Shown in pieces: positions 31,743 through 41,054 of a stretch of 64,000 nucleotides of DNA. The translations under genes and the position numbers were made by a program. The DNA is from Bacillota bacterium (GTDB lineage: Bacteria > Bacillota > Clostridia > Christensenellales > UBA1431). The stretch spans positions 2,518 to 66,517 of the forward strand of contig JBMOLJ010000033.1 of NCBI GenBank assembly GCA_049324235.1. The letters are read 5' to 3'. Positions within the stretch are counted from its first letter, which is position 1, and every line of letters begins with the position of its first letter. Under the pieces are notes generated by a model. It had not been told where the DNA came from, did not search any database, and saw only the letters and a list, made by a program, of their open reading frames with translations.

Positions 31743-32786
31743 TCAGGACTTCGTGCTGTGCGCGATCACATGCCATGTACGCCCCCTCGGTTCCACGGCC
31801 TCCAGCGCGCGCCCTGCGCCTAATGCCACGCATTGCATCGGGTTTTCGGCAATATGCACCTCCATACCCGTAGCCTGCACAATGCTTTTGTCCAGTGCGG
31901 CAAGATAAGCGCTTCCCCCCGAAAGCGTTATGCCGTTCTGTATGATATCGGCCGCGAGCTCGGGCGGCGTGTGCTCGAGCGTCTTGCATACGCCGTCCAC
32001 GATGGCGTTAATCGATTCGCGCAGCGCTTCGCATATCTCGGACGAATTGACAACGATAGAGCCGGGCAGTCCCGTGATCAGGTCCCTTCCCCGTATCATC
32101 ATCTCTTTTTCTTCTCCTTCGTATATCGCGCACCCGATATTGACCTTGATCTGTTCCGCCGTGCGCTCACCGATAATCATGTTGTATTCGCGCCGCACAT
32201 ATTGGACAATCGCCTCGTCCATATGGTGTCCGCCTACGCGCAGCGACTGGGAAACGACCACCCCGCCAAGGGAGATCACCGCCACTTCGCTCGTGCCGCC
32301 TCCGACATCCACAACCATGGAGCCCATAGGTTCCTGCACGGGAAGCCCTGCGCCGATTGCAGCCGCCATTGCCTCCTCCAAAAGATACGCCTCACGCGCT
32401 CCGGCGGATTTTGCGGCTTCCTCCACCGCACGGCGCTCCACCTCGGTGATACCGCAGGGTACGCAGATCACCACGCGCGGCCCCAGCCCTAACCGCCCGG
32501 TCTTGTTGATCGCCTTTTTGATAAAGTGCCTGAGCATCACCTGTGTGAGGTCGAAGTTTGCTATAACGCCGTCCTTGAGCGGGTGGACGGCAAACACGTT
32601 CCCCGGCGTACGCCCGATCATTGCGCGCGCCCCTTCGCCTACGGCCAGCACCTCCTGCCGCTCCCCGTTGCGTACCGCCACTACCGATGGTTCATTGATG
32701 ACGATTCCCTTTCCCTTGCAGAAAACCAGCGTGTTGGCTGTGCCCAGATCCACGCCCAGATCTTTTGAAAACAAGCTAAATGCCAT
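31743..32786 (-). CDS. mreB: rod shape-determining actin homolog
   Basis: DLGVDLGTANTLV and VVDVGGGTSEVAVIS motifs. Start trimmed to MAFSLFSK. Confidence 0.95.
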   Translation of the reverse strand: MAFSLFSKDLGVDLGTANTLVFCKGKGIVINEPSVVAVRNGERQEVLAVGEGARAMIGRTPGNVFAVHPLKDGVIANFDLTQVMLRHFIKKAINKTGRLGLGPRVVICVPCGITEVERRAVEEAAKSAGAREAYLLEEAMAAAIGAGLPVQEPMGSMVVDVGGGTSEVAVISLGGVVVSQSLRVGGHHMDEAIVQYVRREYNMIIGERTAEQIKVNIGCAIYEGEEKEMMIRGRDLITGLPGSIVVNSSEICEALRESINAIVDGVCKTLEHTPPELAADIIQNGITLSGGSAYLAALDKSIVQATGMEVHIAENPMQCVALGAGRALEAVEPRGRTWHVIAHSTKS

Positions 32787-33011
32787 ATGAAGCCCCCCTG
32801 TGATAATTGTCATGGGAAATGGTAATCCTTCCCACATGTAGTATTTCCGCGCGCCCTGCATTTAATCCAGGGTTTCACAATACACCCAAAGGATATATAA
32901 TGTAGCCGGGAATTCCGGCATGTCGGCCGTTTTTTGTTGCGTCCTGTTTGCATTTTCAAACGTCTATGATATAGAAACGGCCAAATACTATTATCGGATG
33001 GTGATTTTTAC

Positions 33012-33803
33012 ATGAACGGCAAAGAAGAAACGAGGGAGCTTGTACGCAAACGTTACGGAGATATTGCTTCAAATAGTTCGGAAGGCTGCGGTTGCGGCAG
33101 CGGCTGCTGCTGCAGCGATGCCGCATTCGACATAAGGGAAGCTTCAAAAAGCGTAGGGTATGACGAAACCGATCTTGACAGCGTACCTATGCAGGCAAAC
33201 ATGGGACTGGGCTGCGGCAATCCCGTTGCAATCGCGGGCATCCGCGAAGGCGATACCGTGCTGGACCTGGGCAGCGGAGGCGGCTTCGACTGCTTTTTGG
33301 CCGCACGGCGTGCCGGGGAAACCGGGCGCGTGATCGGCGTGGATATGACGCCCGAGATGATCAAGCTGTCCAGGAGCAATGTGCAAAAAATCGGCTATAC
33401 GAACGTCGAGTTCCGGCTCGGCGAAATCGAGCACCTGCCGGTTGCCGACGGCTCTGTGGACGTGATCATATCCAACTGCGTCATCAATCTGTCCCCGGAA
33501 AAGCAGCAGGTTTTTCACGAAGCCTTCCGTGTACTCAAACACGGCGGCAGGATATCTGTTTCGGATGTCGTGGCCACAGCCGAACTGCCCGCGGATGTCA
33601 AAGGGGACCTGGCTATGCTCGCAGGATGCATCGCCGGGGCGGAACACACGGAGAATATCCGCCGCATGCTCGAAAACGCAGGATTTATGAACATCCGTAT
33701 GACCCCCAAAGACAACAGCAGGGAGATCATCAAAACTTGGGTTCCCGACAGGAATGTCGAGGATTTCGTTGCTTCTTACATCATCGAGGCGGAAAAGCCG
33801 TAA
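33012..33803 (+). CDS. arsM: arsenite S-adenosylmethionine methyltransferase family protein
   Basis: The four family cysteines are in context (CGCGSGCCCS, GLGCGNP, SNCVINL, LAGCIAG) plus SAM motif VLDLGSGGG. Confidence 0.85.
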   Translation: MNGKEETRELVRKRYGDIASNSSEGCGCGSGCCCSDAAFDIREASKSVGYDETDLDSVPMQANMGLGCGNPVAIAGIREGDTVLDLGSGGGFDCFLAARRAGETGRVIGVDMTPEMIKLSRSNVQKIGYTNVEFRLGEIEHLPVADGSVDVIISNCVINLSPEKQQVFHEAFRVLKHGGRISVSDVVATAELPADVKGDLAMLAGCIAGAEHTENIRRMLENAGFMNIRMTPKDNSREIIKTWVPDRNVEDFVASYIIEAEKP

Positions 33804-33820
33804 GCGCTTACAGCTTCCTA

Positions 33821-33856
33821 AAAAAGAAAACGCGTTGTGCGTTTTCTTTTGTTTTT
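33821..33856 (+). terminator. intrinsic terminator after arsM
   Basis: AGAAAACGC-GTTGT-GCGTTTTCT followed by TTTGTTTTTCTTTT. Confidence 0.7.
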
Positions 33857-33916
33857 CTTTTGGGACAAAGATGGTATGCTATCGGTGATTGGTATATATT
33901 TCCTGGAGGTATGCTC

Positions 33917-35035
33917 ATGAATTCTCAACTCATTATCACAACTACAGACAGAATTGAAAACCAAAAAATCGAAAAGTACATCGGTATCGTCTCTGAGCGC
34001 ATAGTTGTAGGAGCCGGTATGTTCTCCGAGTTCTTCGCATCTTTTACGGACGTATTTGGCGGGCGTTCTCAGAAGTTTGAGGACAGGCTGCATGAATTGC
34101 ACAAATATCTTATGGTCTCGCTCACAAAAAAAGCTCGTGAGTTAAGGGCGGATGCTATTGTCGGATTACATATCGATATTGACGAAATCAGCGGGAAAGC
34201 CACCCAGATGTTCATGATATCGGGGGTGGGTACGGCGGTCAGGTTATCCGGCGATGCGTCATTTGATTCTGCAAGCAGAGTGGACGGCTATGCATTGGAA
34301 TCCGAAGTCTGTAAAATCAAATATTTGGATCAATTGGACGCTTTAAACAGAATCACCGACCAAAGCGCGCCGATTCAAGAACAATATGCCGAGGAGTATT
34401 ACAGCTTGTTATCCGGTTTGACGCGTTATGCGATACAGATACCGCTGGACTTTCTGTTCAATGTTTTTTTCAATTTTTATATGCACTATAACGAACCGAT
34501 TGAACTTTCGCCTATGATCGAGTATCTTCAGAACTGCGATGCGGCCGAGATATATCATGCATTCCTTATCAGCTTGAAAAACCTTTCGGAAGAGAGTTTA
34601 AACAAACTGAGTATAAAGGTATACGCAAACCCGAGTTTTTCAAGACTGTTTAATGAATTGCCGGTTCCGCCGTATGAGGTGATCATTCCGATGGTTGAGG
34701 ATATCCCTCCTCATTTGTGGGAAAGGACCGTTTTCCCTTTGCTCTTTTCCTATAAAAGCGAGTACAACATGAACGATATCGAGCCAATCAACGAAATCAT
34801 TCTATCGCTCCAAAAAGAACAGTTTCCTGTCGTATGGAGAACCGAGCAATCCGGATACACGAAAAAAACCGTATGCGTTTGTGGCACAGCCATTACAACC
34901 GCACAAACCAGCACCTGTACCAATTGCCAAAGCGACAAATTCGGTTTCAGCAAAAGAGCATACGGGATGCGAAGTGACGTTATCGAACACCTCAAATGCG
35001 TCATACAGACGATCACGGCTTTATCTGAAAAATAG
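33917..35035 (+). CDS. YbjQ (UPF0145) domain protein with about 270-aa uncharacterised C-terminal extension
   Basis: N-terminus ITTTDRIENQKIEKYIGIVSERIVVGAGMFSEFFASFTDVFGGRS...ADAIVGLHIDIDEI matches YbjQ. The remainder is unmatched and ends with CVCG...CTNC. Start at ATG 33917 behind GGAGG. AT-richer than the flanks. Confidence 0.7.
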   Translation: MNSQLIITTTDRIENQKIEKYIGIVSERIVVGAGMFSEFFASFTDVFGGRSQKFEDRLHELHKYLMVSLTKKARELRADAIVGLHIDIDEISGKATQMFMISGVGTAVRLSGDASFDSASRVDGYALESEVCKIKYLDQLDALNRITDQSAPIQEQYAEEYYSLLSGLTRYAIQIPLDFLFNVFFNFYMHYNEPIELSPMIEYLQNCDAAEIYHAFLISLKNLSEESLNKLSIKVYANPSFSRLFNELPVPPYEVIIPMVEDIPPHLWERTVFPLLFSYKSEYNMNDIEPINEIILSLQKEQFPVVWRTEQSGYTKKTVCVCGTAITTAQTSTCTNCQSDKFGFSKRAYGMRSDVIEHLKCVIQTITALSEK

Positions 35036-35037
35036 CT

Positions 35038-35613
35038 TTACTCCCCTATAATCCCCGTTTCCTGCAAAAGCCTGCACACGCGTTCGATGGGCAGGCCCAT
35101 CACGTTGTAAAAACAGCCTTCCACCCCGCAGATGTAACGCGCCATGCCGTCCTGTATGCCGTAGGCGCCCGCCTTGTCCATAGGCCGGTATTCCCTGATA
35201 TAGCGTTGGATGGCCTTTGCCGTCATCGGCGCAAAATACACCCTGGTGACAGCCCTGCCTGAATATGCCTTACCATTGGGAAGGATAAGCGCGTATCCCG
35301 TGATGACTTCGTGCCCCCTGCCCTGCAACAGCGTGAGCATTCGTGCGGCATCCGCCCCGTCGCGCGGCTTTCCGAGGATGCTCCCGTCCACGACCACCAT
35401 CGTGTCAGCGGCCAGCACGGCGGCCCCGCCCGCACGCTGGACTGCCGCCTGTGCTTTTTTCAGCGCGATGTTTTCGGCGTTCTGCGCGGGCGGGAGCCCT
35501 TCATCTATCCGTTCGTCCGCATCCGCGGCAATAATCTCAAACGCAATGCCGACCTGGTCTAAAAGCTGCTTCCTCCGTGGGGACATGGATGCGAGCACCA
35601 GCTTCTTCTGCAT
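35038..35613 (-). CDS. maf: Maf-like nucleoside triphosphate pyrophosphatase
   Basis: LVLASMSPRRKQLL and AGAYGIQ motifs. Confidence 0.9.
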   Translation of the reverse strand: MQKKLVLASMSPRRKQLLDQVGIAFEIIAADADERIDEGLPPAQNAENIALKKAQAAVQRAGGAAVLAADTMVVVDGSILGKPRDGADAARMLTLLQGRGHEVITGYALILPNGKAYSGRAVTRVYFAPMTAKAIQRYIREYRPMDKAGAYGIQDGMARYICGVEGCFYNVMGLPIERVCRLLQETGIIGE

Positions 35614-35687
35614 GTTTTATCACCATTTCTCTGCGGGTAAATGAATTACCCCTTGTACAAATGGGATAAAACGCATTTCCCCGCGCG

Positions 35688-35723
35688 TGCAATTTATTTT
35701 TGCATGCGCAAAAATAAATTGCA
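35688..35723. repeat. perfect 16-bp inverted repeat with 4-nt spacer
   Basis: TGCAATTTATTTTTGC-ATGC-GCAAAAATAAATTGCA. Flanking GC-rich bases extend the pairing imperfectly. Confidence 0.9.
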
Positions 35724-35845
35724 CATGCGCTAAATCTTCCAGAAAGCTTCGATTTCTTTCAGACTTTTCTCCCCTTAAGTTCGGTTTTACCCAATACTAA
35801 CATAAAACACGGTTTTGGCAAACAAAAAGCATATACGGGTAATGG

Positions 35846-35877
35846 CAAAAAATCCCGGCCTTTGGGCCGGGATTTTT
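35846..35877. terminator. bidirectional terminator after rnfB
   Basis: AAAAAATCCCGGCC-TTTG-GGCCGGGATTTTT. Confidence 0.8.
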
Positions 35878-35889
35878 GTAAATCTTGCC

Positions 35890-36717
35890 TTATTGCGCCT
35901 GCACTTGAGGTTCCTCTGCTTTCTTAACCAGTGAAACGACCGCGCCGGTAGGGCACTTCGCTACGCAGGCCAGACAGGCCGTACACTTTTGCGGGTCTAC
36001 GGCGGCCAGACTGTTATTCACCGTAATCGCCCCGTATTCGCATGCCTTCGAACATAAACCGCAGCCGATGCAGGCATTGGAACAGATGGGCCGGATATCC
36101 TTGCCCCTGTTCTGGTTCATGCACTCCACGCGCACCATGCTGTCCTTAGGTAGCATTTGAATAATGCCAACCGGACAGGTTTCCACGCACTTCCTGCATG
36201 CGACACACTTATCCCTGTCCACACGCGGCACACCATCCTCGTTGAAAGATATAGCATTGAAATTACAGGCCTTGATACAGTCGCCAAAGCCGATGCAGCC
36301 CCAGGCGCAGAATTTCGGCCCGCCTGCGACCAGCTTTGCGCCCGCGCAGGTCTGCAGCCCTCGGTATGTGAAACTGTTCTTGGAGTTCTTGCCGCCCCGG
36401 CAGAGCACGGATGCGACCATGGGCATCGTTTCCTCGTTCGCAACGCCCAGGATATCCGCTATCTTGCCCCGGTTTTCACGCGAAGTCACCGGACACGCGT
36501 CAATAGGCGCCTTTCCTTCAGCCATTGCGGCCGCCAGACCGTTACATCCCGGAAAACCGCACGCGCCGCAGTTCGCGCCCGCAAGCAGCTCACGTACGGC
36601 CTCCACCTTGGGGTCTGCCTCAACGGCAAATTTCCTGGAAGCGAGGGCAAGCAGCAATCCCAGTACCAAACCGAGGCCGCCTAACACAGCAAAAGGTATG
36701 AGCACATCTTGTAGCAT
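35890..36717 (-). CDS. rnfB: Rnf complex subunit B (polyferredoxin)
   Basis: N-terminal TM, CGACGFPGC motif and several CxxCxxCxxxC clusters. Confidence 0.9.
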   Translation of the reverse strand: MLQDVLIPFAVLGGLGLVLGLLLALASRKFAVEADPKVEAVRELLAGANCGACGFPGCNGLAAAMAEGKAPIDACPVTSRENRGKIADILGVANEETMPMVASVLCRGGKNSKNSFTYRGLQTCAGAKLVAGGPKFCAWGCIGFGDCIKACNFNAISFNEDGVPRVDRDKCVACRKCVETCPVGIIQMLPKDSMVRVECMNQNRGKDIRPICSNACIGCGLCSKACEYGAITVNNSLAAVDPQKCTACLACVAKCPTGAVVSLVKKAEEPQVQAQ

Positions 36718-36734
36718 GATTTTCCCCTCCTTCC

Positions 36735-37322
36735 CTATTTAATGAGTCCAGAGAACCCTAAAAAAGCCATGGACATGAGGCTTGCCGAAATCAAGCCTAT
36801 CGGGAATCCCTGGAACGGCTTACCGATAGGAGATGTCGCCATACGTTCGCGGATACCAGCAAAGAGCACGATTGCAAGCATGAAACCGAGAGCACCGCCG
36901 ACACCGCTGATGAACGTTTGGAAAAGATCGTAGCTATTATTGATGTTGATAATGGTTACGCCCAGCACGGCGCAGTTTGTCGTAATCAAAGGCAGGTATA
37001 CGCCCAAAGCCTGATAGAGCGTAGGGCTGCTCTTCATCAGCACCATCTCCACGAGCTGCACCAGGGCCGCAATGACCAAAATGAACGCCAAGGTCTGCAT
37101 ATAAGGAATGCCCAGCGGATTGAGCAGAAAATATTGTATCAAATAGGTAATCACCGAGGCCATTCCCATAACAAACGTTACGGCGATTCCCATACCCACT
37201 GCCGAACTCATCTGGTTGGATACGCCCAAGAACGGGCAGATGCCGAGTATCCTTGACAGTATGAAGTTGTTTACCAGAATGGAGCTGACAAGCAGCAGGA
37301 AAATTCCCCAGATATAATCCAT
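36735..37322 (-). CDS. rnfA: Rnf complex subunit A
   Basis: NNFILSRILGICPFLGVS signature. 195 aa. Confidence 0.9.
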   Translation of the reverse strand: MDYIWGIFLLLVSSILVNNFILSRILGICPFLGVSNQMSSAVGMGIAVTFVMGMASVITYLIQYFLLNPLGIPYMQTLAFILVIAALVQLVEMVLMKSSPTLYQALGVYLPLITTNCAVLGVTIININNSYDLFQTFISGVGGALGFMLAIVLFAGIRERMATSPIGKPFQGFPIGLISASLMSMAFLGFSGLIK

Positions 37323-37945
37323 TATGCTTTGCCTCCTTCCTTCAGGCTTTTACTCTTACCTTTACTGGTTGCCCAGTTGAACAACGCGATCGCCATGCCG
37401 TATGTCAGGAAGCCGCCCGGCGCCAATATGAAGATCCGAATGGGAGCATACCAATCTGCAAGTATCGTGAACCCAAAAATGGTTCCATTACCAAGCAGTT
37501 CACGAATGATGGCGATGAATGTGATAGCCAGCGTAAATCCAACACCCATGCCCAAACCGTCCGCGATGGCCGCGAGCGGCTTGTTCTTGGACGCAAACGC
37601 CTCCGCGCGCCCCAGTATGATACAGTTCACGACGATGAGCGGTATGAAAATACCCAGCGATTTATCTAGGTCCGGAACATATGCCTTTATGACCAACTGT
37701 ACAATGGTCACGAACGCGGCGATAACCACGATGAAAATCGGAATGCGTATCTTATCCGGTGTAAATTTCCGGAGCAGAGAGATCACAAGGTTAGAAAACA
37801 CCAACACGAATGTAACCGATAAACCCATGCCGATGCCGTTGGATGCCGCCGTAGTGATGGCCATCGTGGGACAGGTACCCAGCACGAGGCGGTAGGTGGG
37901 GTTTTCATCGAGTATGCCATTTAGAAAAACTTTTCCTAATTTCAT
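37322..37945 (-). CDS. rnfE: Rnf complex subunit E
   Basis: NPTYRLVLGTCPTMAITT signature. 207 aa. Confidence 0.9.
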   Translation of the reverse strand: MKLGKVFLNGILDENPTYRLVLGTCPTMAITTAASNGIGMGLSVTFVLVFSNLVISLLRKFTPDKIRIPIFIVVIAAFVTIVQLVIKAYVPDLDKSLGIFIPLIVVNCIILGRAEAFASKNKPLAAIADGLGMGVGFTLAITFIAIIRELLGNGTIFGFTILADWYAPIRIFILAPGGFLTYGMAIALFNWATSKGKSKSLKEGGKA

Positions 37946-37963
37946 TTTCTACACCCCTTTCCT

Positions 37964-38554
37964 TTATTTGCCAACAAGGAAGGCCTGCGCAAACTGGCCC
38001 GCCACGTTGATTGCTTTGGTAACAGCCCTCGATGTTATCGTCGCGCCCGAAATAGCCTGTATCTCGGTATCTTTTGTCGTCGGCGTCTTTGAAACCGTAA
38101 TTTCCTGGTCTGAAGATTTACCGACATACTGGCTTCTGAAGGATTCTTGCGTTGCATTGGCACCCAGGCCAGCCGTTTCATTCTGCGAATCGATACTCAC
38201 GCCGGTGTATTTTCCGTCAGGGCTTACACCCACCGTCATAGCGATGAGTCCGGCATAACCCGTACCGTTCACTTTGAGCACATAACCAACTGTTTTACCT
38301 TCCTTTTGGCCCTCAAGTACTTGAGTCACGTCCGCAAACGAATCGTTCCATCCCGCCTGCGACTGGAGATCGCTCATGTTCATTTCTTTGAAATCAGAAG
38401 CTTCGGAGCATACGGCCTTATTTGCCGCCACACTCGCCTCCGCAAGATGCTGCGCGATAGGATCCTTTGTAACGCTGTAGGTCGCGCCGAGCAGTCCCGC
38501 TGAAATTGCGCATATAAGCAACAGCCTGAGCCCAAGATTTAGAAAATCACGCAT
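37964..38554 (-). CDS. rnfG: Rnf complex subunit G (FMN-binding)
   Basis: N-terminal TM and the covalent-FMN motif region ISGATITSRAV. Confidence 0.9.
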   Translation of the reverse strand: MRDFLNLGLRLLLICAISAGLLGATYSVTKDPIAQHLAEASVAANKAVCSEASDFKEMNMSDLQSQAGWNDSFADVTQVLEGQKEGKTVGYVLKVNGTGYAGLIAMTVGVSPDGKYTGVSIDSQNETAGLGANATQESFRSQYVGKSSDQEITVSKTPTTKDTEIQAISGATITSRAVTKAINVAGQFAQAFLVGK

Positions 38555-39482
38555 TTTTCTTCACCTCCCCATAGATACGGGGGCGTGTCATGCGGTCAAT
38601 CATCGGGGTTGCAATATTCATAAGGATGATCGAGAACGCAACGCCTTCCGCCATGCCCCCCAGCAGGCGGATAACGACTACGATCGCACCGCAACCTACG
38701 CCCATGATGATCTTTCCCACAGGCGTAACCGGCGAGGTGACGTAGTCGGTCGCCATGAAAATGGCGCCCAGGAGCAGGCCGCCGCCCAGAAGATGGTACA
38801 CCACATTCTGGATAGGCCCGAATATTAATGTTAAGATTGCTACAGTGCCGATAAATGCAACCGGTATGTGCCAGGAAATCACCTTGCGCACAAGCAGGTA
38901 GATCCCGCCGATAATAAGCGCTATCGCGCAGGTCTCGCCCAGACAGCCACCATGAACGCCGAACAGCATATTCGATATGGAAGGCAGCGGGTCGGTGGAA
39001 AGCCCTTTTACGATTGCCAGCGGCGTCGCGTTGCTCACCGCGTCCACAGCGGGGTTCACCCAGTTTGTCATCTGAACGCCGAATGAGGTCATCAAAAATA
39101 CCCTTGCCGCCGCGGCGGGGTTCATGAAGTTGTGTCCCAGCCCGCCGAACACCTGCTTGACGATAGCGATTGCAAAGATCGAACCGATAAAGGGGAGATA
39201 CCACGGTGCGGTCGGCGTAAGGTTAAACGCAACGATAACCCCGGTTACGACCGCCGACCAGTCATTAACCGTTACCTTTTTCTTTGTCAAAAACTGTATC
39301 AAAGCCTCCGTAATAACCGCCGTACCCACAGCAATCGCAATTATGACCGCGGCCCAATATCCGAAGATAACGACCGCGGCGACGGCTGCCGGTAAAAGCG
39401 CGATCAGAACGTCGATCATGATGCGCGACACGGTCTCGTTCGAGCGGATATGCGGAGAGCTGGAAATGATTGTGTTTTCCAT
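38547..39482 (-). CDS. rnfD: Rnf complex subunit D
   Basis: SSPHIRS N-terminus, polytopic, and FMATDYVTSP motif. Start trimmed to MENTII. Confidence 0.9.
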   Translation of the reverse strand: MENTIISSSPHIRSNETVSRIMIDVLIALLPAAVAAVVIFGYWAAVIIAIAVGTAVITEALIQFLTKKKVTVNDWSAVVTGVIVAFNLTPTAPWYLPFIGSIFAIAIVKQVFGGLGHNFMNPAAAARVFLMTSFGVQMTNWVNPAVDAVSNATPLAIVKGLSTDPLPSISNMLFGVHGGCLGETCAIALIIGGIYLLVRKVISWHIPVAFIGTVAILTLIFGPIQNVVYHLLGGGLLLGAIFMATDYVTSPVTPVGKIIMGVGCGAIVVVIRLLGGMAEGVAFSIILMNIATPMIDRMTRPRIYGEVKKNA

Positions 39483-39498
39483 TTTATCTTTTCCCTTC

Positions 39499-40872
39499 CT
39501 ACGCTTTCTTTCTTCGTGCAGCCAGAATAGCGCCCTTGGCCAGACGGATGGACTGTACCAGCTGGCGTTTTGCGGGACATACATACGAGCATACGCCGCA
39601 TTCGATGCAATCCAGCGCGTGGAATGCTTCCGCTTTTTCCAGGTTGTTCAGGCGTGAATAACCGTCGATATACAGGGGCTGCAAACGTATGGGGCAATGC
39701 TCCGCGCATCTTCCGCAGCGGATGCAGTTGCTTTCTTCATCGGTATTTGCAAGCTCCTTGGAAAGCACCACGATGCCCGATGTGCCCTTGAGCACCGGCA
39801 CCGACGTATCGTACACCGGCTGTCCCATCATCGGTCCGCCGTTTAATATCTTTCCGATTTCGCCTTCCGTACCGCCCGCCTGCTCGATAATGTCGCCAAA
39901 CGGGGTGCCTATGCGCACCAGCAGGTTCGCGGGGCTTTTTACCGCACCGGATACCGTGACCACGCGCTCAATGAGCGGCATGCCGGTAGACAGCGCCTCG
40001 GCAATCTTTGCGGCGGTCCCTACGTTGGATACCACCACGCCCGCGTCGGCCGGAAGCGCCCCCGAAGGCACCTCGCGCCCGGTCGCGGCATTGATGAGCT
40101 GTTTCTCGGCGCCCTGCGGGTATTTCACCTTGAGCGTGACGATCTCGATGCCCGCCTTGCCCGCTATCGCTTTTTCGAGGGCTGCGATTGCATCCGGCTT
40201 ATTCAGTTCCACCCCGATATAGCCTTTTTGAACGCCCACCGCTTTCATGATGGCCTGCAGGCCCAATACGACGTCTTCGGATTTTTCAAGCATCACGCGA
40301 TGGTCCGCCGTGAGGAAGGGCTCGCATTCCGCACCGTTCAATATGATGCAGTCGACGTTCTTTTCAGGAGGCACCGAAAGTTTCACGTGCGTGGGGAATG
40401 CGGCGCCGCCCATGCCGACCATGCCGGCGGCCGTAATCGCAGCCTTGATTTCGTCGGGTGACAGCGCTTCGATGCTGCCGGCCGGCTTGAGTCCGTCCAC
40501 AACGGTGTCCTGGAAATCGTTTTCGATCACTACGCACAGCGGCTTTGCCCCCGACGCCACCAGGCGGGGTTCCACGGCAATAACTTTACCCGAGATGCTT
40601 GCGTGCACGGGCGCGCTTACAAAGCCGCCCGGCTCACCGATGAGCTGTCCCATCTTCACGGTATCGCCAACCTTGACAACACATTTGGCGGGTGCGCCGA
40701 TATGCTGCGCCATGGGAAGCACCGCTACCGCCGGCGGTTTCGCCTTGGTAATGGGCTGCTTCTCAGACAAATGCTTGCCGTGATGCATCCGGCCAAGGGG
40801 GTGCGTACCTCCCTTGAACGTACGTTCCTTAATCACCTTTACACCTTCTTTCAATGATTCCGGTAAAAACAC
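39499..40872 (-). CDS. rnfC: Rnf complex subunit C
   Basis: TFKGGTHP, NGAECEP, and two CxxCxxCxxxCP clusters. GTG 40836 behind GAAGGTG is an alternative start. Confidence 0.9.
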   Translation of the reverse strand: MFLPESLKEGVKVIKERTFKGGTHPLGRMHHGKHLSEKQPITKAKPPAVAVLPMAQHIGAPAKCVVKVGDTVKMGQLIGEPGGFVSAPVHASISGKVIAVEPRLVASGAKPLCVVIENDFQDTVVDGLKPAGSIEALSPDEIKAAITAAGMVGMGGAAFPTHVKLSVPPEKNVDCIILNGAECEPFLTADHRVMLEKSEDVVLGLQAIMKAVGVQKGYIGVELNKPDAIAALEKAIAGKAGIEIVTLKVKYPQGAEKQLINAATGREVPSGALPADAGVVVSNVGTAAKIAEALSTGMPLIERVVTVSGAVKSPANLLVRIGTPFGDIIEQAGGTEGEIGKILNGGPMMGQPVYDTSVPVLKGTSGIVVLSKELANTDEESNCIRCGRCAEHCPIRLQPLYIDGYSRLNNLEKAEAFHALDCIECGVCSYVCPAKRQLVQSIRLAKGAILAARRKKA

Positions 40873-40965
40873 ATTTTAAGAAACACCTCTTTATTTTTTT
40901 CCTATAAAAATATGGAAAAGAATAAAGAAGTGTTTTCAAAATCAAAAGTGCGTTCTTTATATAAA

Positions 40966-41002
40966 TCGTTATTATTATAACACATGCATACTTTTGTGTA
41001 TA
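40966..41002 (-). promoter_or_regulatory. rnf promoter with overlapping candidate Rex operator
   Basis: Gene strand reads TATACA (41002..40997), 17-nt spacer, TGTTATAAT (hexamer 40979..40974). The 18-mer GTGTTATAATAATAACGA (40983..40966) is an imperfect inverted repeat resembling TTGTTAANNNNTTAACAA. Confidence 0.4.
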
Positions 41003-41054
41003 TACATTTTGAAAGATTATGAAGGATTCTGTTTCCCGAATTGCATGAATAGGG

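Noticed and set aside
31930-32790. 286-aa plus-strand ORF opposite mreB.
   Set aside because: Antisense shadow of a highly conserved gene with a Ser/Pro/Thr-rich translation.
40873-40965. AT-rich rnfC 5' region considered as a possible riboswitch.
   Set aside because: No convincing conserved stems. It reads as an A/T-rich UTR downstream of the promoter and operator.
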